DNA of 64,000 nt, taken from Lama glama. Taxonomy: Eukaryota. Position 1 is the first letter of the stretch. Each line of letters opens with the position of its first letter. The stretch lies in the NCBI GenBank assembly GCA_028534125.1, contig CM052818.1:9178001-9242000 (forward strand), given 5' to 3'. Under the pieces are notes generated by a model. The model saw only the letters and a program-made list of their open reading frames with translations, searched no databases and was not told the origin of the DNA. Shown in pieces: positions 37,075 through 50,774 of the stretch. The position numbers and the translations under genes were made by a program.

Positions 37075-38786
37075 ATTTGAGCTACAAAAGGTTTTAATTT
37101 TGATGAAGTCCAATTTATCAATTTTCTCTTTTGTTGCTCATGCTTTTGGTGTCGTATCTAAGAATCCTTTGCCAAATCCAAGGTAATAAAGATTTGACCC
37201 TATATTTCTTTATAAAAACTTTATAGTTTTACATCTTACATTTGGGTCTTTAATCCATTTTAAGCTAATTTTTATATGATGTGACATAAGGATCCAACTT
37301 CATCTTTTTGCCTTTGTGTATCCTACTGTCCTAGCATTTGTCGAAAAGAATATTCTTCTTTATTGAATGGTCTGGTACCCTTGTCAAAAATCTGTTGAAC
37401 ATAGGTGTATGAGTTTATTTCTAGGCTCTCAGTTCTACTGTATTGATCTATACATCTTCCTTGTGCCATTATCACACTCTCTTAATTACTGTTGTTCGTA
37501 GTAAGTTGTGAAGCCAGTGTGAGTCCTCCAAATTTGTTCTCCTTTTTCAGAATCAGTTTGGTTATTCTGGATCCCTTGTAATTCCATGTGAATTTTAGAA
37601 TCAGCTTGTAAATTTCTATAAAGAAGTCAGTAGAGATCCTGATGGGATTGAGTTGAATCTGTAAGTCCATTTCAAGAGTACTGCATCTTAACAATGTTAA
37701 GTCTTCTGAGCCAAGAATATGGATTTTTCCATTTCCTTAGATATTTAATTTCTTTCAACAGTGTTTCATAGTTTTCAGACTAGAAATTTTGACCCTATTT
37801 TGTTAAATTTATTCCTAAGTATTTTGTTCTTTTTGATGCTATTGTTAATAAAATTGTTTTCTGAATTTCATTTTTTGATTGCTTATTGCAATTGTATAAA
37901 ACTACAATTAATTTTTGTAAGTCAATCTTGTGTCTCATAATCTTGTGAAATTGTTTTCTAGTTCTAATAGTTTTTTAGTGGAGTCTTTAAGATTTTCTAT
38001 GTAAAAGATCATGTCATCTATAAATAGAGATAGTTTTATTTCTTCCTTTCCAAACTGGATGCCTTTTCTTTTTCTTGTCTAATTACCCTGACCAGAATCT
38101 CTAGTAAAAGGTAGAATAGAAGTGGTAAGAGTGGACATTCTTGTCTGCTTCCTGATTATAAAGGAAAAGCACCTAGTCTTTCACCATTAAGTATGATGTT
38201 GCCTGAGGGTATTTTGTAGATGCCCTTTATTGAGGAAGTTATTTTCTATTCCTTGTTTGTTGAGTATTTTTTATCATGCAAGGGTGTTGGATTCTGTCAA
38301 GTGCTTTTTCTAAGTATATTGAGATTACCTTAGTCTGCTTGGGCTGCCATAACAAAATACTATAGATTGAGTGGCATTAACAACATAAATTTATTTTATT
38401 ACAGCTCTAGAGCCTGGAAGTCTGAGATCTGGGTGTCAGCATGGATAGATTCTGGTGAGAGCTCCCTTCCTGGCTTGCAGACAGCCACCTTCTCAGTATA
38501 CCCTTACATAAGGGAGGGAGAGAAACCAAATTCTCTGGTATCTCTTTTTATAAGAACACTAATCCCTTCATGCAGGCCTTTCCCTTATGATCTTATCTAA
38601 AGCAAATACAAAGTAAAGGCCCCATCTCCAGATACCATCACATTGGGTGTTAGGCTTTCCACATACGAATTTGGGGGTTACTCAATTCAGTCCATAGCAG
38701 AGATGATCATGTAATTTTTATTTTTTATTCTATTGAAATGATATATTACATTAATTGATTTTCAGATGTTGAACCAATATTGCATT
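37075..38786 (-). mobile_element. L1M ORF2 fragment, interrupted by MLT1A
   Basis: ORF 37482-37694 has PIRISTDFFIEIYKLILKFTWNYKGSRI (L1 ORF2). Confidence 0.9.
38328..38699 (-). mobile_element. MaLR LTR (MLT1A-like)
   Basis: ttagtctgcttgggctgccataacaaaatac...ggaagtctgagatc...ttcagtccatagca; gagat on both flanks. Confidence 0.88.
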
Positions 38787-38798
38787 GAAAAATCAACG

Positions 38799-39020
38799 TG
38801 TTTTTTTAAACTTTTTTTATTGAGTTATAGTCATTTTACAATGTTGTGTCAAATTCCAGTGTAGAACACAATTTTTCAGTTATACATGAACATTCATACA
38901 TTCATTGTCACATTCTTTAGTTGTGAGCCACCACAAGATCCTGTATATATTTCCCTATGCTACACAGTACAATCTTGCTTATCTGTTCTATGTTTTGAAA
39001 TCCCAGGCCCTTCCTACCCC
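38799..39020 (-). mobile_element. Young short L1 3' end with TSD
   Basis: Same family as 26473-26770; flanked by aaaaatcaacgt / aaaaatcaatgt. Confidence 0.85.
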
Positions 39021-40432
39021 AAAAAATCAATGTCATTTGCCATATAAACAGGCTAAAGGAGGAAAATTACATGATTATATCAATCAATGAAGGAGAGCAT
39101 TTGACAAAACTCAACACTCATTTATTATAAAACCTGTCAGAAAACTAGAAATAGAGGGAAACTTTCTCAACTTGAGAAAGAACATCTACAAAAAAACTCA
39201 CCATTTACATTATACTTAATAATGAAAGATTGAATGTTTTCCCCCTAAAATCCCAAAAAGGCAAGGTTGTTCAGTATCATCACTCAAGGTTTTTCAGTAT
39301 CAACATAGTGCTAGAAGTCCTAGCCAATGCAATAAAGCAAAAAAAAGAAAATGAAAAACACATAGATTTGAAAGGAAGAAATAAAATTCTTCCTATTTGC
39401 AGATAGCACGATTGTCTACATAGAAAATCCCAAGGAATCTACAAAACCAAAACCAAAACCCTCCTAGAATGAATAAGCAAGTTCAGCAAGTTCACAGGAT
39501 ATAAATTAAGCACAAAAATTAATTGCATTTCCATGTACTGGCAATGAATATGTGAACACCAAAATTTTAAATTCAATATTACTCATGATCATTTCCATAA
39601 AGATAAAATAAGATATAAGTCTAACAAAACATGTAGAGGCTATGTATGCTGAAAACTATAAAACACTGATTTAAAAATTAAGAAGATTTAAAGAAATGGA
39701 GAAATATACTATGTTTATAGATTGGAAGACTCAACAAAGTAAAAATATCAGTTCTTTCTCAAATTGATATACAAGTTTAAGGCAAGTCCTAACAAAATTC
39801 CAGCAAAGTTTTTTGTAGACAGACAAGATTATTCCAAAATGTATATGGAAATGGAAAGGATCTAGAATTGCAAAAAGAATTCTGAAAAATAAAAATAAAA
39901 CAGGAGGAATCAGTCTACTCTTATTTCAAGACTTCATTATGGGGAAAGGGAGTGAGAAGGGATCAATTGGGAGTTCGAGATTTACAGATAATAACTACTA
40001 TATGTAAAATAGATAAACAACAAGTTTATACTGTATAGCACAGGGAACTATATTCAATATCTTGTAGTAACTTATAATTAAAAAGAATATGAAAACAACA
40101 CTTTATTATGTAGCGATGACAATCAGTACCATGTTATCTATTGATACATAGATCAATAGAACAGAATAGAGAACCCAGAAATAGACACCCAAGTATGCTT
40201 AACTGAATTTTGACAAAGGTGCAAAAGCAATTTAACTGAAAATAGCCTTTCCAACAAAGACTGGAATAATTGTACATCCATAGGAAAAATAATAAATCTT
40301 TACCTAAGTCTCACATGTTATACAAAAATTAACTCAAAATCTTAGACTTAAATGTAATACAAAAATACAGTAAAAACTTTCAGAAAAAAATAGGAGAAAA
40401 TATTTGGGATCTAAGGTGAGGCAAAGAGTTCT
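39021..40432 (+). mobile_element. L1M ORF2 fragment containing a short younger L1 3'UTR insert (~39941-40096)
   Basis: gcatttgacaaaactcaaca, ctatttgcagatagcacgattgtctacatagaaaatcc (LFADD region); insert flanked by acttcattatg / actttattatg. Confidence 0.9.
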
Positions 40433-40449
40433 AAAGCCATGCCACAAAA

Positions 40450-41700
40450 CTTTAAGATGTCCTGCAAAGAGTTCTCAATTCCCCCCACCAAAACCTGTTC
40501 CATCATTGGGTAATCTCTACTTCAGTGAGTGGTGCCATCATTCACCTAGTTATTTAGGCCAAAAACTTAAAGACGTCTTGTTTCCTGGCTTTCATTCTTA
40601 ACCCACATCCTGGTCATCAGCAGATCCTGTTGTTTGTACCCTCATAATCTATCATGAATCTGACTTCACTTCCTCATCTCATCATCCTTGGGTGAGCCAC
40701 CATCATCTCTTTCCAATTACTGCACTGTCCAGTGGTCTCCCTGCTTTCATTTTTGATTTTGCTCCCCACAGATTATTCTCCAAACAGCAGGTTGAATGTT
40801 CCTTTTTATTTTATTTATTTATTTTTTGTTATATACATTTGTTTTATTTTTTAGATTCCACATATCAGTGATAACATAGAATATTTGTCTTTCTCTGTCT
40901 GACTTACTTCACTAAGCATAATACCCTCTAGGACTATGCATGTTGTTGCAAATGGCAAGATTTCATTCTTTTTATGGCTGAGTAATATTCCATTGTATAT
41001 ATGTACCACATCTTTATCCATTCATCTGTTGGTGGACACTTGAGTTGCTTCCATATCTTGGCTATTGTAAATAATGCTGCTCTGAACATTGAGGTGCATA
41101 TATCTTTTCATATTGGTATTTTTGTTTTCTTCAGATATATACTCAAGAGTGGAATTGCTGGATCATATGGTTGAATGCCCCTTTTAAAATTTAAATTAGT
41201 CATGTAGCTCCCCTACTCTCAAGCCTGCAACGGATTCCTAGTGCTGTTATTGTGGACTATAGGCCTTCATGATCTGCTTTCCTGCTTCCTCCACCTTTTT
41301 TTCTAAACTCCTTTCCCATGAGGCTCCTTGGCTTCCTTGCTATTTTTTACACCAAGCACATTCACATCTCACAGCCTTGCTGTTCCCTCTGTCCATAACA
41401 CCCTTCCCCTAGATATCTGCAAAGTTTTCTCTTGCTTTCATGTTTCTGATAAAATGTGATGACTTCTGAGGGACCCCATTACCTAACTGCCCTATCCGCC
41501 TAGTCATTCTCTAGCCCCTGACCCTTTCTACATAGCACTTACCACCACCATTACATATCTGTTTGCTTATCATCTGCCTCCGTCTCTAGAACATAAGCTC
41601 CATGAAGGCAGGGACTTTGCTCATTGCTAAATCCCCAGAACCCAGGTCAGCATTTGGAACATAGAAGATGCTCAAAAAAATTTGCCAAATGAATGAATGA
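40450..41700 (+). mobile_element. L2 3' region, interrupted by L1
   Basis: ccatcattcacctagttatttaggccaaaaac...ctagaacataagctccatgaaggcagggac...gaatgaatga. Confidence 0.87.
40807..41168 (-). mobile_element. Short L1 insertion (ORF2 end, no 3'UTR) with imperfect TSD
   Basis: TSD ggttgaatgttcctttt / ggttgaatgcccctttt; body homologous to 1325-1695. Confidence 0.87.
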
Positions 41701-42559
41701 AATAATAGGGGAAATGGAACACTAGATTTTCTATAGGGATTGCCAAGCAGAAAGATGTAAGTGAGAAGAACATGAAGGAATAGTCATACTAGTAGGCACT
41801 GAATATGCTTGTAGGGAACAGACTACTGACTGAGTAGCAGAGTCTCATTCCTGCCCTGCTGAAGATTGGGAATTGACAAAGTAACAGCCTGCTGATATCT
41901 TTAATAGAAGTAAGACAATGTACAGAACTAAGATAATTTTGTGAGACATTACAAGTATCCGTGTTCATCTTTTTACTAAGTATTTCTATGGAATTAAAAA
42001 TAGAGAGGTATGGGGAGAAAGTTCATTTTGGGGTTTTATAATAGGTAAGACAGTTTTGGGTGATGGTTATGGCCATGGGTTGACATGAACTTTGGTCATG
42101 TTGTTTTGAGTAGCTTTGATTCCTCACTAAAGATTGTGAGAGCAAGCTTGGCCTGATTTAGCCAAAGTGACACCGATTTCTTGAGGCAGCAGCAAGCCAC
42201 CCACTTCATAACCTACTTTCAGATGCATTTCTAGACAGGTGGATGTCTATTGCTGGTGATTTAGTTTATTTATTCCAGCTCAGAACTATTGGACTACCTC
42301 ACAGCCTTATTAGTCAACATTCAATCAAGCAGTAAATGTCATAGGACCTATGCCCAGTAGACCCAGGGCCAACTTGTTTCTGGCTCAGTTCAGGAGTGTA
42401 GACAACCCAGATGGTTCAGCAGCATCTCTGCTTGGAAAGAGGACTTTGATCCTGCCCTTATTGTATTATTCAACTTTCCAAACCTCCAGCTTTCACTACT
42501 GATAGGGTAAAGTATGAATTCCTCCAACATCAGGCTTGATTATACCTACTGTACCTATG

Positions 42560-42775
42560 TTTGATAGAATTCAGTAGTGAAGCGAACTGGGCCTGGGCTT
42601 TTCTTTGTGGGTAGTTTTTTCATTTCTAAATCAATCTATTTACTTAATATAGATCTATTCAGATTGCCTATTTCTTCATGAGTTAGTGTTGGTAGTTTGT
42701 GTCTTTCTAGGAATTTGTCTGTTTCATCTAAGCTACCTAATTTCTTGGCATATAATTATTCATAGAATTCTTTCT
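42560..42775 (-). mobile_element. L1 ORF2 fragment
   Basis: tagaattcagtagtgaagc...gggcctgggcttttctttgtggg...tctaggaatttgtctgtttcatct. Confidence 0.8.
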
Positions 42776-42989
42776 CATCACTTATGGCTAAACTGAACCA
42801 AGTGTTCCAAAACATGGCCCATGCTTTCCTGCCCTTTCACTTTTGCACTTGGAATGCCGTCATCTTACTTTCTGCCTATTGAATTGTACTAAATACCTAC
42901 TGGGACCGAAACGTTCTTCAGAGTTTTCTAGGGAATACATAAACAAATACATATGATAAGCTCTTGGCATTCAAAGAGCTTATTGTCTA

Positions 42990-43272
42990 GTATAATATTT
43001 CCTAAAGTGTGTTCTTCAGAAGTCCTACATGATACAACTCAAAAATGAGGTTCTGTGATCAAAGACATGAGGGAAACACATTCATTCTTTAGGTGACTCA
43101 TAATTCTCATTGGCATGTTAATTGCTCTAAGAAGTTATTGCCATGGAGAAGCCCAGTGTTTTACCCCAGTGTTTTCCCAAAAGTATTTGACTACAGAACT
43201 CATTCTTTATATCACATCTGTCAGCAACCTAAAGAACTTCTGCCCCATGGAAACCATTTTAGGAAACAGTGG
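42990..43272. mobile_element. hAT-Charlie MITE
   Basis: Inverted ends tttcctaaagtgtg / cattttaggaaacagtg; flanks tgtctagt / ggtctaga. Confidence 0.6.
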
Positions 43273-46200
43273 TCTAGATAAAACATACACCCAAGTTTAT
43301 ATATAAACTTTATGTGTAAACTTGAGTGTATGGTACAGTACAAGTTAGAATGTCATATCTGAGAGCAAGTCCTTAAAACATGAGTAGGAAGGACTGGAGA
43401 AAAGAATGGAAGAAAGGCAGAGAAGGAAACATAAATGCAGCATTCCAGGAAACAGAAAAGCAGAAGAGGTGATGATAACAAGAGTTAAGCTAAGGGACTA
43501 GAGAGCTGTCAACAATGTCAAGTGCTGCAGAGAGGTCACAGAGACCAAGAAATGGCACTTGGATTTCACAATCTTGTAGTCAGTGTCAACTTTCAGAAGA
43601 ATAATTCCAGGATAATGGTGGAAGCAAATAAGAAGGAAATAATGAGTAAGTAGAATAAGTATGTGACCTCCAAGGAAGTAGAAAATTTTCTCTCTTTTAT
43701 TTACTGATGTTTTCCATCATGTAGAACCATGCCTGGTATATTGAAAGCTCTCCATAAATATTAGTTAAATATGTGAATGAATTAATGCATGAATAAGTGG
43801 TGGTAAAAAAAAAAAAGGTAGGGGCAATGGGGGTAATAAGGAGAGACTAGAATAACGGTGTCATTGAGGAAGGGGCAACTTGAACGTGCTTTTAGGGAGA
43901 GAATTCCAGTGGAAAAATGGAAATCAAAGGTGTAAAATAGGGGAAACTGATGAAGCACTAACATAAGTGAAGCAAGAAGGAATGAGAACAAGGTCACAAA
44001 TAGAAGAATAGAAGGCAGATCCCACTTAGCATATAAAATGAACTCATCCACAACTGTCTTCAAAAGTTATTCCTCATTACGGGTTCCATATTCCCCTGTA
44101 TGAAAATCCACTCAAGCACCCAAGCTAGAAACTCCAGACTTCTTTAATACCTCCTTGTCTGTCATCTGCTTGCCTGCTTAAACGGTTACCAAGGTATCTC
44201 AATTCCAGTCCCGTAATGTTCCATATCTCCATCCGTGTTATGCATCCCCACTGGCTCTACTCTCCATAACACATTCATCATTTTCTTGCCTGGAATATTT
44301 CAGTGATTTTCTGACTATACTCTGAATTCAGTAGCTTTTCTACTCTCAATCCTTTCTCAAAACTGCCACTGAGTTTATGGTTTTAAACTCAGATATGATC
44401 ATACCATTTTCCTTTTCAAAAGAGCCACAATAGACTATTCCTATCTATTATGTGTCTTCATTTATTGAATGCCTCGTCTCTGCTTGGTGCTGGAGATGCA
44501 CTGATGAGTTAGGATAAAGGGAGCATTTCAAATTAGGAGTGAAGAAATCAAATGGCCAAAACAAAATGAAAAGATGCTCAAGAATGAAATGTTACTTTCT
44601 CCTATGAGATTGGCAAAGATTAAGTAGAATGAAGATACTCATTGTTGGCATGTATGTGGGAAAATAAGCAACCTTATCCATTATTCGTGCAAGTATTAAT
44701 AGACAGACTTTTTTGAAAGGCAGCTTAGCAATACTTGTTAAAATTTTAATAATACCCATTTGCCCTATGCATGGTTCTTTCTGGAGTTGGAATTATGAGA
44801 AGCTAACTTTCTACATTTCAGTGTTTTTCACTACTTTTCATAATATTTAATGTATATAATATGTATTTATTTTTCAATTTGATAAAATGAAGACATAAAA
44901 ATGGAAAAAGTTATCTTTCTTTGATAGACTTCACACTTTTTAGGTCAACATCCAAGACTGTTCCAAATGGGTCCCTAGCCCGGTACTAGCCCCATCTTCG
45001 AGGACTCCCTCAAGTAGTGCTTTTCATGCTTCTTTGCCGCTGATGTTCCTCTAAGTGGAATGCCCCCTCTGCCTCCACTCCTCTATTCATCAAAACAGTA
45101 CTTAACTTCTAGAGCAACTCAGAATCGCTTCCCTTTCTCTGTGAAGCTTGTCCTCCCATCTGGTTTGCATTGCCCCTCCGTAGTGCTAAGAGAGGAGTTT
45201 GTTTATACCTCTAGCAGGGCACAGTTTGGCTTGCATTGTTGTTACTTGTGAGTGGTGTCTCCTTTGCCATCATTTATTCTCCACTTTATCTGCCTTTTCT
45301 GTGAAATAAATGTTCATTTCAAAATATTTATTCAGTCTTGTATATTCCGTACCTAAATCCACCCTTAATTTATACAGCTCTTAAAGATAAAGAGCTCAGC
45401 CATGTGGACTATTACCTTCAAGTCACAAAATGCTATTTTGTATTAGTTTGTATTTGAAGAGAGAGCAGGAATTAATTAAACATGTCTATAGATGCCTGGT
45501 GCTTATTCCCTGACAATGAGCCGGAATTATTACCTCACTTAAGCCTTTCTCTGGTGATTTGTTTACAGAGAGTTGTGCTAAATAGCTGAATTGTTGTCCT
45601 GACCTTTTGCCTAGATCTTTTCAAAACAGTCACTAGACTTGAGTTTTACATAACAAAAACACAGACACACAGAATCTCATAACCAGGAGAGAAACAAAAA
45701 ACAATTCTTAGAATTTTGAGCTTGGACATGACTTAAGATTGGGCTTACAGGGATAGGCATAGCCTGTGATTTTGTAACTCAACAATAATTAAATCTGACC
45801 ACTTGAAAGTGCTGAAGTGTGTATGGTTGCCAAACTGTGACAACGTGTAGAATAAACTAATAACCTTAAGTGAACTTGATCAATAGGGCTCCTTTCAGTA
45901 AATCAAAGAATTAACCACCTTTTTCTGCTTTGGTGACTACATGGTTTCAGGTCCCCAAGTGGGAGTAGCTCTTAAAGCAGAAGTGGCAGCCGCATTATCA
46001 TTTGTAAATTTCCACTAACAAGCCAGCCTGGCAGCCTCTGTTGGTTGCGCGGGCTGTGACCTTTCTAACAGCATAGTATTCGTCATTGTTTTGTTTATGA
46101 GCATCTATATATGCCATGGAAGTTCTGGGGAGAGAGTTTCAGAAAAAGAAACCTGAAGCTAAGAGGGAAATCGAAAAGCAAAAAGCCAGAAACTACTTTA

Positions 46201-46719
46201 GCTGTCTCTTTGTGATCTCAGAACTTCAGGGACCTTGAAAGATTGATTTCCTCTCACTCAAGTTTCTTACAAAATTAGCTTTGGCTCGTACATCTGTAAC
46301 ACAGTAGTTAATTTTACAAGATAAGCAGTCCAGGGGAAATGTATCTGAGGGGGGAAAATCCAGTGCTGGAAGCTCAAGAGACACTTAGAAGGTCACAGAA
46401 CAAAGCTAGTAAGTGGAGTGGTCCTACTACAGACCTGCAAATAGCAAAGGGTCTGCTTTGGGTTAATTTCAGTGTATCTTTCATCACATTTCACTTTTCT
46501 TCTCAGCCAGCATTAAATATAAGTGGGCCTTACTCAAACCTGTTCCGTGAGAGCCTTTGAATCACTCAGCCGAAGGGCACTCATGGTTTGAGTTGTGAAA
46601 TTTGAACTATGTAGGTTAGCATCCACTTCCCTGTAATGGTCCTAGAGGCTGTAGTAGCCGCAGCAGTGACGGATTAATCAGTTCTTCATGTTCATCGCTC
46701 CTTCTGCTATTCCCAGAGA

Positions 46720-46930
46720 CTCAGCGTGCTTTCAGATAAGCACCAGGGGCCATCCAAGCTGGAAGGCATATAACAATCTTTTTAACTCAATCTCTCACTT
46801 TATAGGAGGGGGTCCCCAAGGCTCAGAAAGGCTCCCAAAGATCAAGCAGATTCTTTGGGAGCGGAGCTGGAATTAGAACCAGGTGTCTCAACTAATCTAG
46901 ATTCCTAAAATCTAGGGCTTTTTATACTCA
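46720..46930 (-). mobile_element. MIR-family fragment
   Basis: ctcacttttatagg...aaggctcagaaagg...gagctggaattagaaccaggtgtc. Confidence 0.7.
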
Positions 46931-48624
46931 CAGTGACTCAACGCCAGAATAATTTCTCACTCAGTCAGAGAAAGTCTCTGTGAATTAATTAGTCTTTTTA
47001 TTTTGATATGTTAGTCTTCTAAAATATGCTGAAAATGCATTTAACTCCAATACATGTCAGTATTGGGAAAATGCTCACAAAGAAGCTTCCCTATGAAGTT
47101 TGCATCTTGGAGATGCCTTCTAAAACAGTTTGATGGGACTGGCCTGTAAAACTGCTTAATGATCCACGAACTGTTAACTGTCAAGAGAACAGTAACTAGA
47201 ACTATTCGGTTTCCACGTGATTATCAAAATGCTGTGTCGGTCAACTTGTTTCAACAAAATTCCCTTCAGGTCAGTCAGATCATGGGGGTTTGTCTCTCTT
47301 GTGCTCCAAGTAGGTGCAGCAGCTCAGCAGGCAAGTTTAGAGGGGCACAGGACTCCTGTGGTGGAACACACAAGACTACTTATCCTCACCATCTGTGGAT
47401 ATGTTTCCCTGATACATGGACTTGTCATCTTCCAAGTGTGTCCCTTAGAATGTTAACTTGGACTTGACAAAATGGCCCCATGGTCAAGTAAATTTTGAAA
47501 ATATAGTCCACCTGGTTCTTTTCCTATGCTAATTCGATTATTTATTCATTCAACAAATTTTTTTCAATCCCTAATATGTATCAGGCACTGTCCTAGAGGC
47601 TTAGGATACAGGAGTGAACAGAAAGAACACACATCTCTGTTTCATGGACCTTACAGATAATATGATGAACGTAGCATTTTCCTTTTTGTTGAATTAATTC
47701 TTAAGTTAATGCCTTCCTAAGAATTAATTCTTAAGTCAAATTCCCAGGAATGGGACAATGAATTGCATTATTAATAATTTTCTAATAGTAAGGGCTATGA
47801 AGGAATAACCCAAAGTGCTATGGGAGGATAAATAAGTGGATTTATTAGGAACTTGTTACCAGAATCTCTTGTGGAGGGTTGATCACCTTGATGAGGTTCG
47901 GAATCTGGCTGTGGGTAGGGAGACAGCCTCTCCTGATGCTTCCAGTCCCTTCCACAGCCCTCCCTGTCCTTCAGGCGAACCCTACTCCACACTTCGGAGC
48001 TCCATTCCTGGGCAGAGAGAAAACCCAGCACAGCCAGGACTGTGGCCTTAGGCTCTGCCTCCCTCCTGGAGGAGTTCTCAACAAGCAACAGGCAGCAACT
48101 GGCAATGAAAGCAGGGCCAAGTGATGGAAATTTAGTCAGGAGGAAGTGACTCAAGGCTCTCACCATTAAAAACTCTGACATTTCCTTTAAACTTGACAAC
48201 TAAGTAAACTTTTTCTGAAGTAATCATTTTTGTGTCAAAAACCACGAAAGCGTTCATACTCTGATTCAGCAACCCCTACCCCCGGAATTTAACTTGAGTT
48301 TTCAACAGAAGAATAAAACCACATATACCAAGTCGGTCACTGTAATGTTAAGTATAATAACAAGGAGAAAAATGCAAACAATCTAAATATTTTACAGTTG
48401 AGAAGCTGTGAGATTGTGGTACATTAACTTGTTAGAATTATTAACTTGTGGCCATTATGTCAATTGTGGAGAAGTATGAAGTAACGGCAAGTGAAAAGGT
48501 AGAAGACAAAGTTGTACACTAAGGAATACAAGCTATATAAAAATGGGTATGCAGAACACAGATGACAAGGTTAAATGGAAAAATGGAATCAATTTGCTAG
48601 GGTAGTAGGAAAACAGGATAGACA

Positions 48625-49100
48625 CCCATCATGAACTGGCTTAAGCAAAAGGGAAAAAATTCATTAGCTCAAACAACCAAGCCTTGGGCAAAGCAGGGAT
48701 GGCACTGGCCTGAAGGATGTCTTGAAAGAGGGACATGGATCACTGTCAGGACTTTGCATGCCTCTCTCTTCAATTCCCTCTGCAGGGAAGCTTCTTTTCT
48801 CTCAAACAGCCTCTTCCCAAAATGAGGAGATCCTCACCTTTCCAAGATGAGTTTAGATCCCTCTAAACACATGATGAAATTGCTTGCTCAGCTCTAGTTT
48901 AAGAACTATTCTGTGGAAGGGTTGTGACTGAACTGGCTTCAGTCATGTGCCCCTCCCTAGGCCAACAATGGCTGGGATACCATGATTAATACCCACCTTT
49001 CAACTAACCATGTGGTCAAGGAATATGAGTCATTTAAGAAGACAGTAAATTCCGTAGCATCCTGTATCTGGAAGAAGAGGAAAGCATCTCCCTAAAAGAA
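48625..49100 (-). mobile_element. Old MaLR LTR (MLT1 family)
   Basis: aactggcttaagcaaaaggga...ttcattagctca; tgactgaactggcttcagtcatgtgccc. Confidence 0.6.
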
Positions 49101-49361
49101 GAAAGGTGCTGCTCTGAATGGAAATTCATTTGCTTGTTGTTCAATTTAACATTTTAGAAAGATGTCTTATTCTCTTAGTACCAGTCCCAATAGCATTGTG
49201 ATCCCCTGATGCAACATGCTTTATTATAAGTTCACGTGGTACAGTAGAAAGAGCACTACATTAAATGCCAGGAAAATGGATTCTTCTAGCTCTACCATGA
49301 ATCAGCTGTGTGTCCTTAGGCTATTCTTTATACCTCTCTGATTTCAGTTTCTTCATCTGTA

Positions 49362-49770
49362 CCAGAATAAAGTCAATTCCATGAGGATAGAAATGAAATC
49401 TGTCTGAAATGGAGATTTGTATTAGGGAATAGCTGTGGGGGGCTGGGTTAGGCAGAGAAAGAAATTAAGGAAGTTGGATTATGATGTGGTTGCCAAAAAG
49501 GCCTCAGCTGGTCCCATGGGAAACTCTGGGCTTAGGATGGCCTTTGAGAGTTGTCACAGCTTTCAGCAAGTGTGTCCACTTTATATGTCCATTTAGACTA
49601 GCTGTGTGCTATCCCTGGGGGGGGCCATAAACTTGGGCAAGGCAGTTGCCTGAGTCTCAGGCAATTCCTGGAGAGGGATTCAGCTACGAGCTGTTGGCAG
49701 CCAACACCTGCAGCTCCTGGGAGAATAAATGCCTGGGTCCTAACGGAGCATACTACAGCATCCACTGCAG
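49362..49770 (-). mobile_element. LTR16-family solo LTR inserted in a MIR
   Basis: aggcctcagctggtcccatgggaaactctgg...gagctgttggcagccaacac...cagcatccactgca; MIR halves at ~49237-49360 and ~49780-49820. Confidence 0.75.
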
Positions 49771-50112
49771 TCAACATAGATACAATGCTTGGCACAGGGT
49801 AAGTGCTCATTAAATGTTTATAAAATGAATAAATTATATAAAAGGGAAGGTGTGGGTTAGATAATCCCTTTTACTGATACTGTGTACATCTATTTGTCTC
49901 CTGGAGGATATGTGGAAACGATGGTAAATCAAAATCCTCACAGTTTTTGCTATTATTGTTTTTAAATAAGGGAGTGGGGATAGGAATAGGAAAATAATAT
50001 CTATTAAAATGAATGTTGACTGACCTGGTTAGCTAGAAAAAATAAAGCATTCTCTGAGTTAACAGTGGAAAGCATTAAGGAAGCAATTACTATAGATATT
50101 GCATAGAGTAAA

Positions 50113-50318
50113 ACTGTGCCAATCCAATATAGTAGCTGCTAGTCACGAGAAGCTATTTAATTTAAACAAATAAAATGATATGAAATTTAAAATTTGTTTC
50201 CCCAATCACACTGGTCACATTTTAAGTGCTCAGTAGCCATATGTAGCTATTGGCTGCCACATTAAACAGTGGAGATACAAAACTTTTCTATCATTGAAGG
50301 TTCTGTTGAACAGCACTG
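50113..50318. mobile_element. MER33/MER3-type hAT-Charlie element
   Basis: tcacactggtcacattttaagtgctcagtagccatatgtagcta...ttctgttgaacagcactg. Confidence 0.82.
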
Positions 50319-50774
50319 GTCTGTACTGAATAGCTGTGTTCTTTTCCTCCATTCAGTAAGAATCTAATTTACTCTCATGAATTTTGCTGCTCATTATTGT
50401 GACAGTGCTGAAAAGGGAGCTAAATTTTTGAAAGGCTTGGATGAAAAGGATTGCCCTGTATCCAAGTTTCTTCTTGGAAATCCAAGTTGTAACAGGACAA
50501 TCCTAAAATGGAATAAATATTTGTTGTCATTTCATGCTGTTCCTGCCAGCTGGATCATCTGGGTGAAACCAGGACAGAAGGCCCTGGGCTTCTGAAGTGA
50601 GCTCTGCTCCTGGGTCCCTACAGCCAGTGAGGCACAACTGTTCTTCCAAGCCTCAAACTGTCAAGATTTAGATATTCAACAACCAGATTTGTGTTCTTTT
50701 TAAAATGCCTCCTAGAATCTAAGAATTAGGCCAAATGTAATGTTTCCCTTTCTTTATTGATTTTTTGGCCTGCT

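Noticed and set aside
41985..42330. Possible LTR fragment on the minus strand
   Set aside because: Too diverged to assign by eye.
47691..47737. Duplicated gaattaattcttaagt with a palindromic core
   Set aside because: Short AT-rich local duplication beside repeat remnants, with no further structure.
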